Both the position numbers and the translations under genes were made by a program. 64,000 nucleotides of DNA from Octopus sinensis (Eukaryota), in assembly GCF_006345805.1 (NCBI RefSeq), contig NC_043013.1, positions 35,588,001 to 35,652,000 of the forward strand, written 5' to 3'. The notes under the pieces were generated by a model, which made no database searches, was not told the origin of the DNA, and saw nothing but the letters and a program-made list of their open reading frames with translations. Positions 12,270 to 24,668 of this stretch are shown here, piece after piece; within the stretch, counting starts at the first letter, position 1, and each line of letters opens with the position of its first letter.

Positions 12270-12545
12270 ATATTCTGTTGTGTCTGGGGAGAGTCATTTT
12301 CTTTTTGTGCCTTATAATTTAACACACTCACTGGTAAAATTTCCACTTATTCCTTATTTTTATTTTCTTAAAACTTTCGTTGCTTCTTGCAACCTTTTCA
12401 AGAGTCAAGACTATTGAAAAGTTTGCAAGATGCAACGAAAATTTTAGGAAAATGAAAATAAGGAATAAGTGGAAATTTTACTGGTGAGTGTGTTAAATTA
12501 TAAGGCACAAAAAGAAAATGACTCTCTCCAGACACAACAGAATAT
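12270..12545. mobile_element. Palindromic (foldback) MITE, ~276 bp
   Basis: atattctgttgtgtctggggagagtcattttctttttgtgcc...ttttcaa pairs with ttgaaaa...ggcacaaaaagaaaatgactctctccagacacaacagaatat over ~130 bp, around a ~12 nt loop. Confidence 0.9.
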
Positions 12546-12639
12546 GCTTCAACACACGAACTCACATAAAGAATCTTGCAAACCAAATCCAAAAACGAAA
12601 TAGATCAAAGACATTTCTTGTTTAATGTCTTGTACTACA

Positions 12640-13290
12640 ACTTCTCTGGCCCTTTGGTCACATCCAGTCAAAATATTCTTCCTATTCAAACTCATCAGAT
12701 CTGTCCTCTCACACCTACCCAACAATGTCACTCTAAAAATATTTTCGATCACATCATGGAAATCTCAAAGCCACGAGATAATACTTGATTAATTGAAAAC
12801 AATGTGAGTAAAAAGCACCATCCGAATGTGGTCAAGGCCAATGCCACCTGACCGGCTCCCGTACCGGTGACATGTAAAAATCACCATCTGAACGTGGTTG
12901 ATGTCAGTGCTGCCTGACAGGCTCCCATGCTGGTGGCACTTAAAAGCAGCATCCTAATGTGGTCATATACCAGTGTCACCTATCTGGCTCCTGTGCCAGT
13001 GTCATGTAAAAAGCACCATCCGAATGTGGTTGATGACAGTGCTGCCTGATTGGCTCCCATGCTGATAGCACATAAAAAACACCCACTACACTCATGGAGT
13101 GGCCTGCATTAGGAAGGGCATCCAACTGTAGAAACTTTGCCAAATCAGATTGGAGCCTGGTGCAGCCTCCCAGTTTGCCCGTCCTCAGTCAAACCATCCA
13201 ACCCATACTAGCATGGAAAACGGACGTTAAACAATGATGATGATGATGATGATGATTTAACAGAATAAACTGAATGCTAAAGGGCTAAAC
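12640..13290 (+). mobile_element. piggyBac-type (TTAA) MITE interrupted by an RTE-type 3' end (12810-13258) carrying ~5 x 58 bp tandem units and a (GAT)n tail
   Basis: 12690-12810 matches the reverse complement of the MITE at 20417-20615; the MITE end ctgaatgctaaagggctaa resumes after the (GAT)n tail. Confidence 0.7.
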
Positions 13291-13584
13291 TTAACACTTT
13301 TTTCTGCGACAGGATAAGTGGAACTGGATTCTGTTCTGTGTCTTGTTAAGGAATCAGTGGAATCCGAACTCAGAAAAGAAAGAACTGTAAGGTATTTCCT
13401 GTGGGCAGTGTAGGCAGTGTGTATGATGATGATGGTGGCGGTGGTGATGGTGGTGGTGGTGGTTATAGTGGGAAAGGGTTGTAATGATGATTATGATGGT
13501 GACCACAGCTGCAAGAACAGTGACAACGAAAGTAATAACGATAATGACAAAGAAGAAGATGGGGGAAGAGGGAGGAGGAGCATA

Positions 13585-13870
13585 AGGAGGGGGAGGGGAA
13601 TAAGCATGGAGGAGGAGGAGGAGGAGACGAAGGAGGAGGGGAATAAGCATGGAGGAGGAGTAGGAGGAGGAGACGAAGGAGGAGGGGAATAAGCATGGAG
13701 GAGGAGTAGGAGGAGGAGACGAAGGAGGAGGGGAATAAGCATGGAGGAGGAGAAGAAGAAGAAGAAGAAAGAGGAGGAGGAGGAGGAGGAGGAGAAGAAG
13801 AAGAAGAAGAAGAAGAAGAAGAAGAAGAAGAAGAAGAAGAAGAAGAAGAAGAAGAAGAAGAAGAAGAAGA
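13585..13870. repeat. ~46 bp purine-rich minisatellite (3-4 units) followed by (AAG)n
   Basis: ggaggagacgaaggaggaggggaataagcat is repeated. Confidence 0.9.
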
Positions 13871-14377
13871 CTAAAAGAAAGAAAAGAGAAGTAAGAAAAA
13901 AAAAACTAAAAGCAAAGAAGGTTGTAGAACTGTGAAATTAGCTTGAGATTAATTCTAATAAAGCTTAGAGGTTCATTAGGAACACTGAACATAACACTGG
14001 ATTAATAGCAAACAAAACAAATAAATAGGAGTTATAAATACTAATTAAGTATCAAAAGTTAAGTTATATTAATGGTCTAGATTGTCTTTAAAGACCTCCG
14101 TCTAATGAGTGGACTTAACAACAGAACCAACCACATGCATTTCTATCAAACACTTCCATCTTATGAACTAGCTCCATGCTTTGCTATTAAAGGCCACCAT
14201 TAACCTTCGTCATTTATTGAGGTAACCCTCGTGTTTGTGTGGTTGGTTCTTGGGTCGGAGAAAAAAAAAAAAAACGGTTCTGCAAATTCTTGTTGAATCA
14301 TATTGCTCAGATGAGATATCTTTCAACCGTTTCAGGCATTATACTATGGTTAAGCTAGGGCACTGCCTTGAAGAATA

Positions 14378-14506
14378 GGTGCAGGAGTGACTGTGTGGTA
14401 AGTAGCTTGCTAACTGGCACCTTCGGTAAGCATCTTCTACTAAAGCCTCAGGCCAACGAAAGCCTTGTGGGTGGATTAGGTAGATGGAAACTGTAAGAAG
14501 CCTGTC

Positions 14507-14546
<40 letters not shown>

Positions 14547-14732
14547 CTGTGTGTCTGTGTTTGTCTCCTCATCATCGCTTGACAACCGAGGTTGGTGTGT
14601 TTATTTTCCTATAAAGTGACCAATAGAATAAGTACTAGGCTTACAACGAATAAGTCCTAGGGTTGATTTGCTCGACTAAAAGGTGGTGCTCCAGCATGGA
14701 TGCAGTCAAATAACTGAAACAAGTAAAAGAAA
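14378..14732 (+). mobile_element. SINE family A
   Basis: Head, body and tail match the family. Confidence 0.85.
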
Positions 14733-14749
14733 AATGAACCACTCCCAGT

Positions 14750-15455
14750 ACTTATCTTTCGTTAAACCTGGTACTTATTTTATCAATCTCTTTTGCCAAA
14801 CTGTTAAGTTATGAGACTGTAAACACACCAAAAGTGGTTGACAAGTAGAGGTGGGGGACAAACACAGACACAAAGACACAAATACAACAATATACATATA
14901 TATACACGACAGGCTTCTTTCAGTTTCCATCAATGAAATCCATTCACAGGGCTTTGGTTGGCCTGAAGCTTTAGTAGAAGACACTTTTCCCAGGTACCAT
15001 GCTGTGGGACTGAACCTGGGACCATGTGATTGGGGAGCAAGCTTCCTACCACACAGCCAGACTTGCACATATTTCTTTATAGTCTCTTTTACTCTTTTAT
15101 TTGTTTCAGTCATTTGACTGTGGCCATGCTGGAGCACCGCCTTTAGTTGAGGACTTACTCTTTGTAAGTCTAGTACTTATTCTATCAGTCTTTTTTGCCG
15201 AACCGCTAAGTTACGGTGATGTAAACACGCCAGTATCGGATGTCAAGCAATGTTGGGGGGACAAACACAGACACACAAACACACACAAACACGCATATAA
15301 ATACATATACATATATATACGATGGGTTTACCAAATCCACTCACAAGCCTTTGGTCAGCCTGAGGCTATAGTAGAAGACACTTGCCCAAGGTGCCACGCA
15401 GTGGGACTGAACCCAGAACCATGTGGTTGGTAAGCAAGCTATTTACCATACAGCC
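14750..15455 (-). mobile_element. Two tandem SINE A copies (14750-15068 and 15090-15455)
   Basis: Both are reverse complements of the family A consensus. Confidence 0.85.
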
Positions 15456-15652
15456 TGTGCTGCACATTAACTCACTCCCGCCATCAAATTAGCATTATGC
15501 ACAGATGCACAATGCACCATATGTCAAGTATTGCAGTGATCACAGAGCAATACACCACATCACCCAATCCAGGAATTGAACCCACAATCTTGAAATCACA
15601 AGTCCAATAACCCTAACCACTAGGCCATATACCTTTACAGTCTAACCACAAG

Positions 15653-15900
15653 TATCGGGTTGTCTGGAAAGTTCGTGCCAATTTATAATAGCTTACCTTT
15701 TGACTTATATTAGAACATGGTTGAGTCCATAAAATAGGATTTGACTACACCTCCATTTAGAGCACAGTTTCAGCTATCTTTTCATTATGTTCCTATAACC
15801 TGTGTTATAAGATAGCTCCATGAATTGTCATCAAACATTGTCCACTAATGAGCTACTCATATGGAATACCATCAATCACTTCCATCAAAACTTTCTGTCG
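15653..15900. mobile_element. Tc1/mariner-like terminal remnant
   Basis: TA-cgggttgtctggaaagttcgtgcc resembles a mariner TIR start; the interior is degraded. Confidence 0.45.
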
Positions 15901-16044
15901 AATGATGTAGCTTCATACATGACCATGAATCATTGTCACACACAATCATAAATCATTGTCATCAGTCACTTCCATCAAATAAACCAAACTAGTGTGTTTC
16001 TATCAAACATCTCTGTCTAAATTATGAAGGACCAATAAGTGCCA

Positions 16045-16280
16045 GTATGGTTGTGTGTTAAGAAGCTTGCTTCCCAACCACATGGTTCTGGGTTCAGTTC
16101 TACTGGATGGCACAATGGGCAAGTGTCTTCTACTATAGCTTAGCAGTATTTTGCCCGTCTGAGTTCAAAATTCCACAAAGGGTAACTTTGCCTTTCATCC
16201 ATCTGGAGTCAATATCTGGGGTAATGTAATTCACTTACCCCTTCCCTTAAAATTTTAGGTCTTGTACCAATAGTGGAAAA
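16045..16280 (+). mobile_element. Chimeric SINE (family A head joined to family B body) ending in an (ATT)n tail
   Basis: The A-type gggcaagtgtcttctactatagc switches to the B-type tctgagttcaaaattcc...ctttgcctttcatcc, then gaaaagattattatt. Confidence 0.7.
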
Positions 16281-16350
16281 GATTATTATTATCATCATTA
16301 TTATTATTATTATTATTATCATCATTATTATTATTATTATTATTATTATT

Positions 16351-17024
16351 ACTTTTTTTTTCTTCTTTCAAATTTGCTTCCATTTCTTGCCGAGTGTCTT
16401 CCCGACTCCTAGGGCAAAGAAACTCATAGTATACATTGGTAGGCCATTAAACCAAACCCAATAGTTTGTTCATTTTTTTTTTTTTTTTTAAGTTAAATTA
16501 AAATACATGAGCAGCAACAGTTCTCACATCGACAATGCTCTTCTCAATACGTGTGATGTACCAGTTAAGACAATCTTTTGCACTTCTTGCAGGGATGGTA
16601 AGCCAGGAATCATTCTCATATAATTTTCGGTTCCTTTCTTGATCATTCCTAGTGCTCCTACGATCACTGGTATTGTAACCGCCTTGAGATGCCACATTTT
16701 CTCAATTTCAATGAGTAGGTCTTAATATTTTCTGAGCTTGTCAAACTCTTTCGCTGAGATATTATGATCACAGGAGATGCTCATGTCGATCAATAAGCAA
16801 ACTTTATTGTTTTGGTCTTTCACAACAATATCTGGTTTATTGGCCTTGATGGTTCGGTCTGTATGTACTGGAAAGTCCCACAGAATGGTTACATTTTCTC
16901 CTTCAGTTACAGCCTCAGGGTGGTGATTATACCACTTGTCGGCAGTTTTGATATTGTAATGCCGACTTATTAGCCAGTGTAGATATTGGCCAACTCTGTC
17001 ATGTCTTAATTTATACTCCACTGG

Positions 17025-17026
<2 letters not shown>
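16351..17026 (-). mobile_element. 5'-truncated R4/Dong-like non-LTR retrotransposon (restriction-like endonuclease C-terminus), flanked by (TAA)n on both sides
   Basis: RHDRVGQYLHW...WYNHHP...ENVTILWDFPVHTDRTIKANKPDIVVKD...CLLIDM...KEFDKLRKY*DLLIEIEKMW...IPVIVGALG; one in-frame stop. Confidence 0.85.
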
Positions 17027-17068
<42 letters not shown>

Positions 17069-17076
17069 CATTATTA

Positions 17077-18110
17077 CTAACAAAGCTATCCATCCATGAT
17101 TGAGGCATAAAATGAGGGAGGGAAGTCATAAGAGAAGTATTTAGTGAAAAATGTATAAATGGATTTTAATATCAATATGGTTACAATACTTCTTTGTAAA
17201 CAATATTTTGCGTGTGGTCGATACTAATTTTCAAATGACTGGAGTCTGTTTCTCTACTCATAACGACGTATAACTGGCTGTGTCTAAACATCAGAGTGGA
17301 TAAAAATACACCTACATGATCCAAAGTCTGGCCTGTGTCTTGTTTACTGTTAATGAGAAAACCAGTTTTAGAGAAAACTGCACTTGTCTTGATTTACGGC
17401 AAGCTAGAGTGTTCCTTATCTGTTCTGCATGTTACTTGGTGAGCTGAAGTGTTCCAGCTCTGTTCTGAAACTCTCACTTGAAGATTTCTGTGTTATTTGG
17501 TGAACCAGCATATCCCTGTTCTGTTCCGATGCTCTCACTTCTGTATCACAGCGAATTCTATGAGTTTCCGTATCCTTATTCTGTTGGGCTTTTCTGTATT
17601 CACTGCTAGATTTTCTTTTATGTTTTATAGCAACAGCTTTCCTGGTAGTCCTACCAATTCCTGATTTACGTTTCCAGGTCATAACGGCATGGAATGAAGG
17701 AAAATTTAATAAAGCATTACACAGCTTTATACATACAATCATTATTGACAAAGTTTGAAGTAGTTATACACCAATTAAAGATGAGCCAAAGCCATCACAA
17801 TCATTCGTTAATAAAGCTATCCTAAACTAAAACTTTCTTATATGGCATAAATTCAGAGGAAAAGTAAGTTGATTTACTTTCCTTTGTTTATTTTATTTGC
17901 AGTTATCTCCCTTTAATTTTTGTTTACTTTTTTGTATACCCGTAAACTGAACAATTGTCCTCAATAGCCATTAAATAATCATACTTTTTCAAATTTTTTT
18001 AATGCTAAAAACCTACCTGATTACCTCCTTGGTAATCCCCAAAAAACATTGTGATCATTGGTCCAGACGTCTCACCATGAAGAGGGTACAGACAGACAGC
18101 TATGATTATT
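17077..18110 (-). mobile_element. Internally deleted Helitron: basic N-terminal coding segment joined to the PIF1-type helicase C-terminus
   Basis: 17181-17380 encodes QFSLKLVFSLTVNKT/GQTLDHVGVFL...HSQLYVVMSR...QNIVYKEVL* (motifs V-VI, one frameshift). 17416-17690 encodes MTWKRKSGIGRTTRKA...; the 5' region begins gctgtctgtctgt. Confidence 0.7.
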
Positions 18111-18111
18111 A

Positions 18112-18370
18112 AGGCAGTGAGCTGACAGAATCGTTGCCATGCATTTCGTCTGTCTTTATGTTCTGAGTTCAATTTCCACCGAGGTCGATTTGCCTTTCAT
18201 CTTTATGGGGTTAATAAATTAAGTACTAGTGAAACACTGGAGTTGATGTAATCAACTAGTCCCCTCCAAACAAATTTCAGGCCTTGCACCTTTAGTAGAA
18301 AGGATTATTATTATCATATATAATGGTAGTGCTCCAGCATGACCACAGCTATTGGTAGCTGAAACTATTT
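18112..18370 (+). mobile_element. SINE family B with (ATT) tail plus a family A-type tail module
   Basis: ggcagtgagctgacagaatcgtt...aaggattattattatc, then gtgctccagcatgaccacagc. Confidence 0.75.
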
Positions 18371-18754
18371 ATAGAATATATGACATGCTTCCACACAGTT
18401 TCCATCTAGCAAATTCCCTTCAAAGGCATTGAGTTTCTATTATAGCCTTGGGACACTTGCCCATGGTGCCATGCAGTGGGACTGAACCTGGAACAATGTG
18501 GTTACAAGGCACGCGTCTTGACTCACCAAACAGTCATGTCTGTACCGGTATCGTGATGAAAATAAATTCTCACAAGAAGATAATCACCAACTACTTGGCT
18601 ATAAAACAGTTACTGTTCTCTTTAATTATTTTACAATTTCATGGTTGAGCTGTTAGTCTTGGAAAGAAAAAAAACACATGCTCTGCCATTTTGTGGTGAA
18701 AATATCAAAATCACGCTCACATTAAACAAATTAATATAGCTAAACAAAAAAAAT

Positions 18755-18895
18755 TACAATAATAATAATAATATAATAATAATAATAATAATAATAAATA
18801 TGATATGATGATAATAATGAGGATAATAATAATAGCAATAATAATAATAATAGTAATAATAATAATAATAATAATAATATAATAATAATGATATG

Positions 18896-18942
<47 letters not shown>

Positions 18943-18959
18943 TATAATAATAATAATAA

Positions 18960-19018
<59 letters not shown>

Positions 19019-19020
19019 AG
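18755..19020. repeat. (AAT)n microsatellite
   Basis: Directly visible. Confidence 0.95.
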
Positions 19021-19373
19021 TAGATGTATGAATATTATAATTAATTGAATAAATAAATGAATTGAAAAAGAAACCAACATAGAAATAAGAATAATAAAAC
19101 TACTACAAAATCATTATTATTAATATATATATATATATTGTTTTAAATCTTTCAATTTTCAAACAAATACAGAAATTCAAAAGCAGTTATTTAATTAAAC
19201 AGGAAAATATGCTTGAGATGTATTTATTTATTTATTATGGGATTTGTTTTCTTCTCTTATCTGTATATTTATCAATCAATCTGTCTATTTATATATCAAA
19301 CTATCTATCGATGTATTTATCTATTTATCTTGTCTTTCTCTCTGTGTGTTTGTCAAACTATCTATACTGCCAT

Positions 19374-19455
<82 letters not shown>

Positions 19456-19534
19456 GTCTGTCTATCTATCTATATAAATCATTTATTACTTTCTCCCTCT
19501 CTCTATATATATGCATCTAATTTTCCATCCACTC

Positions 19535-19630
<96 letters not shown>

Positions 19631-20202
19631 TCCATCTATCTATCTATCAATTTGTCTATCTACCTTCTGTTGAAGATAAATGTCTTTTGTCAATCACTCA
19701 ACGATAATTTATATAATTATGTGTGTGTTTATATGTAAGGGGTTGGGATGTGTGTGTGTGTGTGTGTGTGTGTGCCAGCATCATACATACAATGTTTGGT
19801 TGAATTTAAAAATCACAGCAGATGGTAGGAGAGAACATTAATGAAACAGGAAATCATACCGTAATATCAATTAAAATAGAATTGTTGTTATTGTTATTCT
19901 TTAGCCCAGCTCAACTCTGATCTGATCAAATAGTCTTATAATCAGTCATTCCAATTCTGGCCACCCAGCCCCTTTTGGGGGCATGGAGAAGTACACTGTG
20001 CAACAGGACTGTATAAACAACATTATAGACCCTCTAGCAAACCAATGCATTGAGCCCTATAGAATTTATTCATTGCTAGCAAGTCATAACATAAATAAAT
20101 CAAAATTGGGACCCCTAGATCCATGAGGGCCCTTGCCAACTGTACAGTTTTCCCATGCCTTAAGAAAGCACTGTTGTCAAATGTTCCTTTTTTTTCTCTC
20201 TT

Positions 20203-20615
20203 AAACATTTAGCATTTAAGCTGGTCATAACAGGACCAAATATTCTACCTGTTTTATGTTCTCACAGGCCATATCCAACTTCTTACACCCATCCTGCAAT
20301 GTAATTTATGGTTTTTATACTTGGATGTCCTTCCTAATGCCAATTCCTTTTTAAAAGTGTGCTGGGTGCATTTTTCATGGCATCAGCTCTAGTGAAGATT
20401 GATTCATAACTTGTAGATTAACCCTTTAGCATTCAGATTATTCTTTCAAATGTAATCCTTATTAATCCACACTGTTTTGAATTAATCAGGCATTATCTTG
20501 TTGTTTTGAAATTTTGATGATTTGATTGTTTATTTTTAGAATGACATTATAGGGTCGATGGGAGAGGCCAGATGTGGCCAGTTTGAACATAAAACGTGTA
20601 GAATAATTTAGCCAA
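20203..20615. mobile_element. piggyBac-type TTAA MITE pieces in opposite orientations (20203-20310 and 20417-20615)
   Basis: ttaaccctttagcatt starts; caaatattctacctgttttatgttc is the reverse complement of gaacataaaacgtgtagaataatt. Confidence 0.65.
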
Positions 20616-21029
20616 AATGCCTCTAAGCTGGAACTGTAGCCAGACCCGAGATGTTTTCCAAAAGCGTATCAACCTCAAGGTGCATGCTTTTGCTTGGCGT
20701 TTGCTGTCCGCCCATTGTGTTCGTGTGACGAGCAGCAGCATCACCAGTGGAATTGCCATTTTGGTGGTCCTGCTGTTGTTGTAGTTGACGTCCTGCACGA
20801 CTTGTTTGAAAAGATGGAGACGAAAAGGATCGCTTGCATACGACTCGACTTGCCATTCAGAGTGATGTGCTTAGTAGAGTAGCTACCACGCTGCGATCTA
20901 TTGAGTCTCATCTCACAAATGACACGATCCATAATGGTGGTGCCCCAGCATGGCTACAGCTTTCAGGCAGAAACATTTTTAAGGATTTAAGGTTAAAATG
21001 CTTAAGTGTCAAGAGCCTGAAGCGATCTC

Positions 21030-21475
21030 ATTACTTGAGGGAGAATAAAAGAGAGAAGGGTCTGATGTTTACCATTCCAGAGATGAAATTAATCTGTCTC
21101 GCCTAGTTTTGCTCTGTTATTGATTAATTGTTCTACGATCCACTCTGTGACCCTCATCACCTGTTCCAGTAGATTTATCCCTCTACAATTACCTCTCCCT
21201 ATGCATGTCTTTTGTCTTTGTTGCAATTTACAATGACACTGCTATTCCAGTGATCAGATATGACACCAAAACAACTGTTAAGGTATTGGTCACTTGCTGA
21301 CAGGTTTATGTTTGAGCCTGTGACAGTTGAGAACTCTGGTATACTTGGCTTCTGGACTGTATCCCTACTCGCTGCTATCAGGACAGAGATTGCTGTCCGC
21401 AAGCACAAGGCCCACGATTCAGAGTGGCTGTTCACTCACTGGACCTCAAGTGGGAATCACTGCTTTATAGGGGCA
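21030..21475 (+). mobile_element. Degenerate CRE-clade-like non-LTR retrotransposon endonuclease C-terminus
   Basis: KQLLRYWSLADRFMFEPVTVENSGILG...AIRTEIAV...DSEWLF...GN resembles the KY..L..RY.FEP.AVET.G...WLFQR.S....RGN ending of CRE-type ORFs (from recall). Confidence 0.55.
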
Positions 21476-21629
21476 ACATGGTGCAGACCCTCTTTACATA
21501 AACATACACGTTTACATACACATACACATATGAATATTCACACACACACATACACACATACACACATACATGTATGTATGTATGTATGTATGTATCTATC
21601 TATCTATATCTATCTATCTATTCTATCTA

Positions 21630-21674
<45 letters not shown>

Positions 21675-21788
21675 TACTTGTACATGCGTGTGTATGTGTT
21701 TTAAATGTGCGAGAATACTTTCAATTTTTGCTTATACCACATAATGTGAGAGGCTGTTGAATTGTGAGTGTATATGTGTATCTAAATG

Positions 21789-21836
<48 letters not shown>

Positions 21837-22028
21837 CATACAGACACACAGAGATACACACAAACACAAGTAATTGTTTTTATATAACATAATGCAAGAT
21901 ACTTTTAAACCGGTTCTTTCAAAGGTTTAGTCAACAAAATAATTAGGCCTATTATCACCACGGTACTCATTAAATTTTAGACATATGTGCATTGTATTTA
22001 ATTATCTCAGTTTATCTTTGTGTCAGAT

Positions 22029-22064
<36 letters not shown>

Positions 22065-22559
22065 CACACACGAGACGCACAACACATGCACAATGGCTTA
22101 CTGTTCCACATACGCATACATATATACATACATACACACACACACACATATATGCTCAAATCAATTTCTGCTTTATTGTCCTTGCGTACAATAAAGAATT
22201 GATTATATCCCATGTTGAAAGAGGAAAAACAATAGCAGCGAGAACAACATTTAATGCATTTCAATTTAAATACAACAATAAAAGCAATTGAGACATACCG
22301 ATTAAATTACAATAATAACATCTATTAATTCTACAGAATAAAAAGTTGGCTAAAATACACCAGAGCATCGTCAGCATCATCGCTGACGCCATCATCATCA
22401 CTGTCGTCATCATCATCATCATCATCATTATTATGAACATCAATTAATGAGCACTTTTTGGTGTTTGCACGGGTCAGACAAAATTTTATTGAGACATATT
22501 TTCTGCAGTCGGGTGCTCTTCCTGTCTCCAACACCCACCTGTTTCCAAGTAAGGTAAAT

Positions 22560-24249
22560 GGATGGAAGCACTCCGTCGGTTCCGACGACGAGGGTTCCGG
22601 TTGATCCGAATCAATGGAACAGCCTGCTTGTGAAATTAACATGTAAGTGGCTGAGCACTCCACAGACACGTGTACCCTTAACGTAGTTCTCGGGGATATT
22701 CAGCATGACACAGGTACACATGAAATACAGGTACAACAGAAACAGGAAGTAAGAGTGAGAGAAAGTTGTGGTGAAAGAGTACAGCAGGGATCACCACCAT
22801 CCCCTGCCGGAGCCTCGTGGAGCTTTAGGTGTTTTCGCTCAATAAACACTCACAACGCCTGGTCTGGGAATCGAAACCGTGAGTCCGCTGCCCTAACCAC
22901 TGGGCCATTGCGCCTCCACAAGTAAGGTAAATTTTTTCCCATGGCCAGACTGCAGAGGAACAGCCTCACTTGTATGACAGGTGATGCTCACTTACAGCCA
23001 TCATATGATGTCGGGAGAAGGGTATACACAAACACACAAACACACACACATAGACACATACATACATGCCCACACACACACATACACACATATACACAGA
23101 CATACATACATGCTCACACATGCATATATACACTCATACATACAAACACATACATATATACACTCATACATACATACACACAAACAAAAATACCCTGTTG
23201 TTGATACTGAAATTCCATAAGGGAACCTTAGATCTAAGTTAGAATCGTTCTTTCTATATTGGCAAGAAATCTTGAAATAAACTGATGGTGACATACATAC
23301 ATACATACATACATGCATAGGTATATACATACATACACACATACTACATACATACATACATACATACATTGCATCATAATACAATACATACATACATACA
23401 TACATAATATATACATGGGGAAGCATCCATCGGTACGACGACGAGGGTTCCGGTTGATCTGATCAACGGTACAGCCTGCTCGTGAAATTAACGTGTAAGT
23501 GGCTGAGCACTCCACAGACACTTGTACCTAAACGTAGTTCTCGAGGATATTCAGCGTGACACAGAGAGTGACAAGGCCGGCCTTTGAAATACAGGTACAA
23601 CAGAAACAGGAAGTAAGAGTGAGAGAAAGTTGTGGTGAAAGAGTACAGCAGGGATCACCACCATCCCCTGCCGGAGCCTCGTGGAGCTTTAGGTGTTTTC
23701 GCTCAATAAACACTCACAACGCCTGGTCTGGGAATCGAAACCGTGAGTCCGCTGCCCTAACCACTGGGCCATTGCGCCTCCACAAGTAAGGTAAATTTTT
23801 TCCCATGGCCAGACTGCAGAGGAACAGCCTCACTTGTATGACGGTGATGCTCACTTACAGCCATCATATGATGTCGGGAGAAGGGTATACACAAACACAC
23901 AAACACACACACATAGACACATACATACATGCCCACACACACACACATACACACATATACACAGACATACATACATGCTCACACATGCATATATACACTC
24001 ATACATACAAACACATACATATATACACTCATACATACATACACACAAACAAAAATACCCTGTTGTTGATACTGAAATTCCAATAAGGGAACCTTAGATC
24101 TAAGTTAGAAATCGGTTCTTTCTATATTGGCAAGAAATCTTGAAATAAACTGATGGTGACATACATACATACATACATACATGCATAGGTATATACATAC
24201 ATACACACATACATACATACATACATACATACATACATGCATACATACA

Positions 24250-24283
<34 letters not shown>

Positions 24284-24668
24284 CATGGGGAAGCACTCCA
24301 TCGGTTACGACGACGAGGGTTCCGGTTGATCTGATCAACGGTACAGCCTGCTCGGGAAATTAACGTGTAAGTGGCTGAGCACTCCACAGACACTTGTACC
24401 CTTAACGTAGTTCTCGAGGATATTCAGCGTGACACAGAGAGTGACAAGGCCGGCCCTTGAAATACAGGTACAACAGAAAAGGAAAGTAAGAGTGAGAGAA
24501 AGTTGTGGTGAAAGAGTACAGCAGGGATCACCACCATCCTGCCGGAGACTCGTGGAGCTTTTAGGTGTTTTTGCTCAATAAACACTCACAACGCCCGGTC
24601 TGGGAATTGAAACCGTGATCCTACGATTGTGAGTCCGCTGCCCTAACCACTGGGCTATTGCGCCTCCC
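22560..24668 (-). repeat. ~870 bp tandem duplication bounded by three SINE family C copies (22560-22918, 23420-23782, 24287-24667); the middle copy is a hybrid
   Basis: Spacer 22920-23420 recurs at 23785-24290. Copy 1 has TSD caagtaaggtaaat and copy 3 has TSD catatatacat. Confidence 0.9.

Noticed and set aside
12810-13090. Regular repeat array superficially like CRISPR
   Set aside because: The units are contiguous degenerate tandem repeats without unique spacers, there are no cas genes, and the context is eukaryotic.
14123-14250. 13 bp inverted repeat agaaccaaccaca
   Set aside because: Too short, no TSD, no second copy seen.
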